DNA of 64,000 nucleotides from a virus (Duplodnaviria; Heunggongvirae; Uroviricota; Caudoviricetes): IMG/VR virus record IMGVR_UViG_2880389630_000005; one strand, 5' to 3'. Shown piece by piece: positions 59,324 to 64,000 of this stretch (position 1 is its first letter; each line of letters starts with the position of its first letter). The notes under the pieces were generated by a model. It saw only the letters and a program-made list of their open reading frames with translations, ran no database searches and was not told where the DNA came from. The position numbers and the translations under genes were made by a program.

Positions 59324-60741
59324 TACTCAATCCTTATCTGGCAGCCAGACAGAGTGACAGGTGACTTCGTGATAACGCGCAATTTGAAGCCGACATTTTT
59401 CCTGATTCGCCCGACACGCTTCCACAAAACGCGTTTGTCGTAAACGAACGGTTCATTCTGCTCAATCATCTGCTCACGACCGTAATTGATGCCGTCAGTG
59501 GTTGCAGAGAGGAACAGGCGGTCAGCGTACTGAGCGACACCCGTCGATGATTCAACTTCAAGATCGAAGCATCTGGCGTTATCTGCTTTGAAGAGTGGAG
59601 TAAACAGCAGGTGTTCTTGCTGTAGCCCATACTGGCTGCTGATATCGAACTGCAATTTCCCGGTCACGGACTCCAGCTTATCGCCGCACGTTATCTGATT
59701 GCCTTCGTAAATGAAGTCAATAGCGCGGTACACATCGTCATACAGGCCTGTTTTCAGCACACACCATTGCGGACCATTGGCGCTTGAAGATGCGTCGTAC
59801 ACCAGAACATGGCGCGGAAGATGGATAATCAGCAGCTCATGCGCATCAAATCGCAGAGACTCCATCACGCCATCAGCCAGTTCATCAGCAGTGTAGGAGC
59901 GTAGTATTTTCTCAATGCTCGCGCTGGCGATTGGTGATACCTGACCGGAGCCGATGATGTACACAGACGGCGCACCCGTTGCCGGGTTGCTGATGAAAGC
60001 ATAGGAATCAGCAAACGGCGTTTTGCAGTAAGTCCCGGCGATGCCTTTTTGCACCATCAGCGATGGCTGTGCGACATACAAAGCAGCACCAACAGTGGTT
60101 GCACCAGTCAGGGAGAAATATTCAATCGTCGATGAACCAAAGCAGACGATGAAGTCTCGCCATGTTCCGATGCCGATGATACCGTCAGGCTGAGACTCGG
60201 CACGATATTGTGCACTGTAACGGTCAGGATGCGATTCGTCTTCAAGGTCAGTGATAAACCATGAATCCGTGCCGTCTTTTGACCACGCATAACGCCCACG
60301 TAAGCGTGTAATGTCACGAACAGAACCTAACTCATACTGTGTGAATCCGCTGTCTGTAGGCCAGTTTGAGACGGTTTTAACCGTGCCATCATAGCGATAC
60401 TCGACCAGTTGACCATTAACGCCTACCGCCTGTGATGTCCGACCATGCGCCATTGATACGCGACCACTTCCGGCAACATCACCGACTTCACTTTCTCCTT
60501 TGTACAGCTTTCCACCACACACGCGATAAACAGCATTCTGCGCCATGTTGTACTCGACGCCTCGCGATACTCCGTTCACATCAGAACGTTTGGCAATGCC
60601 CGGGAATGAACGAAGATATCCGCTGCTGTTAAGGATTTCTTTGGGTGTAGCCAACATATTCACTGGCAGATAGTCGATATAGTCGGCGTTTCGGAAATCT
60701 TTGCCGACACCTTTCATAAGCGGAAGTTGCTGAATCGGCAT
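59323..60741 (-). CDS. Tail hub protein gp10
   Basis: 472 aa; nearly identical to P22 gp10 from memory. Confidence 0.9.
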   Translation of the reverse strand: MPIQQLPLMKGVGKDFRNADYIDYLPVNMLATPKEILNSSGYLRSFPGIAKRSDVNGVSRGVEYNMAQNAVYRVCGGKLYKGESEVGDVAGSGRVSMAHGRTSQAVGVNGQLVEYRYDGTVKTVSNWPTDSGFTQYELGSVRDITRLRGRYAWSKDGTDSWFITDLEDESHPDRYSAQYRAESQPDGIIGIGTWRDFIVCFGSSTIEYFSLTGATTVGAALYVAQPSLMVQKGIAGTYCKTPFADSYAFISNPATGAPSVYIIGSGQVSPIASASIEKILRSYTADELADGVMESLRFDAHELLIIHLPRHVLVYDASSSANGPQWCVLKTGLYDDVYRAIDFIYEGNQITCGDKLESVTGKLQFDISSQYGLQQEHLLFTPLFKADNARCFDLEVESSTGVAQYADRLFLSATTDGINYGREQMIEQNEPFVYDKRVLWKRVGRIRKNVGFKLRVITKSPVTLSGCQIRIE

Positions 60742-60750
60742 TTATTCACC

Positions 60751-61212
60751 TCACGTACTCGGATCATCTTTCTCGATGTAAAACCGATTCCACGTAAACG
60801 CGCTTTTGTTACCACTACCGCGAGGCATGTCATTTCGTCGCTCAAGTGGTGGTATTTTTGTTAAAGCGATACAGATTGTCTGATATGCACTGTCAGCAGC
60901 GGTCAGGAGAGCATCCGACGGCTGAATGACGTTATCCATGCACACCTGCACAGCGAGCTTCAAAGCGACGCCATCATTTGCCCATGCAGGGATACCTGAA
61001 TCATCGTCAGGTAACGGCATGATGCCGTTTTCTGTATCAGCAAACTGATATCCAAGCTCGATACCTTTCGCCTGCCATGCTGCCATCATGTCTTCGAGGT
61101 CATTAATGGCATCTTCAATTGCCTGAGGGTCGGCATCTGTCAACGTGGCATTGGAATACAGCCCGGCTTTTCGTAAAGCCTTAAGAACGAGATCACCCTT
61201 CGTTTTCGCCAT
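60751..61212 (-). CDS. Head completion/tail adaptor protein gp4
   Basis: 153 aa; position between gp10 and coat. Confidence 0.8.
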   Translation of the reverse strand: MAKTKGDLVLKALRKAGLYSNATLTDADPQAIEDAINDLEDMMAAWQAKGIELGYQFADTENGIMPLPDDDSGIPAWANDGVALKLAVQVCMDNVIQPSDALLTAADSAYQTICIALTKIPPLERRNDMPRGSGNKSAFTWNRFYIEKDDPST

Positions 61213-61381
61213 CTTCTTCCGCCTTAGCCACTTTTTGCTTCGTTGCGGTTTCTTCAGGAGTTTTTACCCAGCCTTTTTTCAGGTGAGATTTAACTTCTTC
61301 GTCATCAACAATGATGTAATCGACAGCAAACTGACCACAGGTGATCATGTTGCCCGGCTTATAGAGCATTGTTCGTGCCAT
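61193..61381 (-). CDS. Small hypothetical protein between coat and gp4
   Basis: 62 aa from MARTMLYKPG...; start uncertain. Confidence 0.35.
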   Translation of the reverse strand: MARTMLYKPGNMITCGQFAVDYIIVDDEEVKSHLKKGWVKTPEETATKQKVAKAEEDGENEG

Positions 61382-61422
61382 TGTCTTCTCCCAATAAAAA
61401 TGGGGCCGAAGCCCCACCAAAA

Positions 61423-62676
61423 TTACTGCCCGGCAATAACGATGCCCGTATATTCAGGAACAAGTACAGAGCAACCGTACAGAGTGGTGAAACGAGCAGT
61501 GGTTACGCCTTTGATGTGGTCGAAGGCATAAGACATGATCAGCGTAGCGCCCTGCTCGGTGGTTGCTGTCATTACCTGTGGACCCTGACCAGTCGGGAAC
61601 GCCAGTTTGCCGTACATCAGTTCAACAGAACCATCAGCCCAGAACAGGTTAGCCGGTGCGGCATTTTTGTTGAGAATGGTGATTGCTGCGCTACTTGCCG
61701 CATTAGCATCAACGTTTGCATATGGACGGCTGGCGACATCCGCGTTGTCAGGCGGCAGAATTTTCGGGGATATAGTTACTGTCGTTCCGCTAACTGCCAG
61801 AACGCGGAATACCTGCGGCTGCCCGGTGGTATCTTTGGTGATCTGGTGTACGGAATTCACCCCTGCGATGGTAAACGCATCGCCAACCTGCAAACCTTCA
61901 GCAGATACCGTAATGGTCCCCTGTCGGTTATCCACTGGCATATCGTTAGCATCTTTCGCTTCAACCTTGTGCGCAGGTGCTGCTGCCAGCGTAATGGAAG
62001 TTGCTGTACCCTTCGGAACACGACCGGAAATATCGGTCTTGTAGCTATCGAAGGACGCAACCGGAGGGATCTGCGCTTTTTCGTATGCTGTCAGGGTTGC
62101 GCCCTGAGCATAAGCACGGTGACCAAGCTCGCCAGCAAGGTCTTTATAGTTGAAGGGGTTCCAGAAAGAGCGGCGGTTGATACCCTGTGGTACACCAATC
62201 GCCGTCATGGTGGCATCAATACCTGCCGCACAGTTCCACAAATCACGGCCCTGTGAACCAGTGGTTGAGTCAGCCATTGTGATCACGTTAGTAGCACGCT
62301 GCGTGACCATGGAAATCAGATCAGAGTCAATCTGTGCAGCAAGGCGCATACCTGCGGCGCGACCAGCTTCAGTTTTATGTTCCGGGTCACGCATTTCACG
62401 CGCATCCAGAGTGTACAGAATGTTTTTCGGCTCCTTGAACACTGAAGGAACAAGGCGCTGAACCAGTGCTGTTGGCGTTTTGCCGCTGAGATCGAGGCCT
62501 TCCTCAATGTTCATGTGGTAATGCTGCGGACGATACAGAACATCACCTGCTCGCTGCATTGCTGTATCACCGGGACGGAATTTTTTAGCGTTACGGGAAA
62601 CTACGCAGGCGGCCTCAAAGCCTTCAACGTAGTTTTCGAACATGATTTCAAGGTCTTTTGCTAATTGGTTAGACAT
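61423..62676 (-). CDS. Major coat protein (gp5-like, HK97 fold)
   Basis: 417 aa; position after scaffold; local similarity to P22 coat. Confidence 0.85.
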   Translation of the reverse strand: MSNQLAKDLEIMFENYVEGFEAACVVSRNAKKFRPGDTAMQRAGDVLYRPQHYHMNIEEGLDLSGKTPTALVQRLVPSVFKEPKNILYTLDAREMRDPEHKTEAGRAAGMRLAAQIDSDLISMVTQRATNVITMADSTTGSQGRDLWNCAAGIDATMTAIGVPQGINRRSFWNPFNYKDLAGELGHRAYAQGATLTAYEKAQIPPVASFDSYKTDISGRVPKGTATSITLAAAPAHKVEAKDANDMPVDNRQGTITVSAEGLQVGDAFTIAGVNSVHQITKDTTGQPQVFRVLAVSGTTVTISPKILPPDNADVASRPYANVDANAASSAAITILNKNAAPANLFWADGSVELMYGKLAFPTGQGPQVMTATTEQGATLIMSYAFDHIKGVTTARFTTLYGCSVLVPEYTGIVIAGQ

Positions 62677-62694
62677 GCTTAATGCTCCGATAGG

Positions 62695-63588
62695 TTATTT
62701 TTTTGCCTTTTTAGCGGCGAAATACGGCGTCCAGTCACCAGTTTCCAGCGCCTTGGCTTTCAATTTGTCGAGGTTGTTGATTACTGCGCCGTTGCTCCCC
62801 TTAACTGTCGGGGTTGTGGCTGCCGTGGTTTTTGCTTTTGGCATGATTCTGGCCTTAGATTCGATACGTTCCAGCAGACGACCAATTGCTACGGGGTTGG
62901 TAGCTTCTGCCAGTTGCTTGCGCAGTTCAGCGTTGCGACCAAGCGCCAGAACAACGATTTCCGGCTTCTCTGACTCAAACAGGATCGCGTTTTGTGTCTC
63001 GATGGGGATTTCCTCGAGTACGGCCTGTTCTGCTTCCTGATAGCCAGGAACCTTGAGAGCCTTAACACGTTGCTGATATTTGGATAATCGCTCTTGATAA
63101 GCAGCCTGAAGCTCCTGCTCCTTCTGCTTGCGAGCCATCTCCTGTTGCTGGTACTTGCCGTTATCCTCTGCCCACTTAGCCATGCGTTGCTGGTAGATTT
63201 CTTCATCGAAACCGATGTCCTCATCGTCCAGTTTTGGCATTCGCGGTGGTTGAGTGATTACCGGCTGCTGCTCGACGGGTTTCTGAGACTGACGCATCAG
63301 CTCTTTCAGCTCGCGGTCTTTCTCTTTAATCGTCTTGCGCAGGTGTTTTACCAGTCCATGCTCTGCGCCATCTTCGCTGGTTGGCGAATCCAGCTTTTCG
63401 TCACCAAAGTAGAATTCCTGTTCTGATTCGTCGTCATCAGTTTCAGTAGCTTCCTCTGCATCATTGCCGGAGGACTCACTGCCATCTTCTGTTTCGACTT
63501 CTTCAGCCAGTTCGACATCATCAGGAATCTGCTCTGACGCGTCGGTTTCGATTTCAACTTCTGGTGTGTTTTCTGCCATCTGGTCCAT
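62695..63588 (-). CDS. Scaffolding protein (gp8-like)
   Basis: 297 aa; acidic N-terminus, helical K/E-rich body; between portal and coat. Confidence 0.85.
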   Translation of the reverse strand: MDQMAENTPEVEIETDASEQIPDDVELAEEVETEDGSESSGNDAEEATETDDDESEQEFYFGDEKLDSPTSEDGAEHGLVKHLRKTIKEKDRELKELMRQSQKPVEQQPVITQPPRMPKLDDEDIGFDEEIYQQRMAKWAEDNGKYQQQEMARKQKEQELQAAYQERLSKYQQRVKALKVPGYQEAEQAVLEEIPIETQNAILFESEKPEIVVLALGRNAELRKQLAEATNPVAIGRLLERIESKARIMPKAKTTAATTPTVKGSNGAVINNLDKLKAKALETGDWTPYFAAKKAKK

Positions 63589-63678
63589 TTGTTACCCCTG
63601 TTTACTCGATGTTCAGCCCATCGGAAGGCAATAGGGTGCCAGGCCTCATAAAGACAGCCATTGCACGTTATGGGTTAA

Positions 63679-64000
63679 TTACTGCTGTGGTTGTTGCTGA
63701 GTTGGTTTTTGCAGGATGCTGCTGATGTCCATGCGCTGCGCATGGCCCTGTGCCTGACTTTTCAGGACAAGCTCTGCATCAGCACGGGCATTGTCTCCTT
63801 GCTGTTGCTGGAACTGTCCGAGCAGTTTCAGAGCCTCGCGGATATCAGATTTCTGCTGGCTATCGGCAGATGCGAGGATTTTCACAACATTTGCCGCTGC
63901 AACCTGAGCATCAGTCTGTGCCTGGAATGCTTTAACCTGAATGGCTGCCTGTTCGTTCTGCGCTTTCTGCAATTCAGCCTGACCAGCAAGAAGCTGACCT
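63679..64000 (-). CDS. Portal protein gp1, C-terminal part (gene continues beyond window end)
   Basis: Frame open to position 64000; Gln/Ala-rich helical C-terminus typical of P22-like portal barrel. Confidence 0.75.
   Translation of the reverse strand, partial: GQLLAGQAELQKAQNEQAAIQVKAFQAQTDAQVAAANVVKILASADSQQKSDIREALKLLGQFQQQQGDNARADAELVLKSQAQGHAQRMDISSILQKPTQQQPQQ

Overview
Likely Escherichia coli chromosome at the yeeX-yeeA-sbmC-dacD-sbcB locus (gene identities recalled from memory; no search was run). The window is a nest of mobile elements. (1) Positions 1-~800: 3' part of an IS21-family element (istB). (2) ~830-4329 and 40148-42600: a CP4-44-like cryptic island (DUF932 protein, antirestriction protein, RadC-like YeeS, YeeT, CbeA/CbtA type IV toxin-antitoxin, YeeW). 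(3) ~4330-40147: a ~35.8 kb Mu-like transposable prophage that looks complete (repressor, ner, DDE transposase A, AAA+ B, early accessory genes, GemA/Mor, lysis cassette, orphan DNA methyltransferase, terminase, portal, Mu F/G/I/T head genes, sheath/tube/tape measure/baseplate, tail fibre). It is inserted inside an island gene; the host reading frame is restored exactly when the element and one copy of a short direct repeat are removed. (4) 42654-46425: core genes yeeX, yeeA, sbmC (with LexA box), dacD and a 16-codon stump of sbcB. (5) 46426-64000: the tail-proximal part of a P22-like prophage integrated in sbcB (tailspike, ant, arc, mnt with P22-type operators, ejection proteins gp16/gp20/gp7, gp14/26/10/4, coat, scaffold, portal C-terminus). 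Its gp20 gene is split by an IS911 copy with a 3-bp target duplication. The best candidate for an undescribed system is at the sieA position of the P22-like prophage: an AT-rich accessory module encoding an unknown 239-aa protein whose gene overlaps a PIN-domain nuclease gene, followed by a third unknown gene. No rRNA, tRNA or CRISPR array was seen. All coordinates come from reading the sequence and the ORF track; start codons of small ORFs are uncertain.
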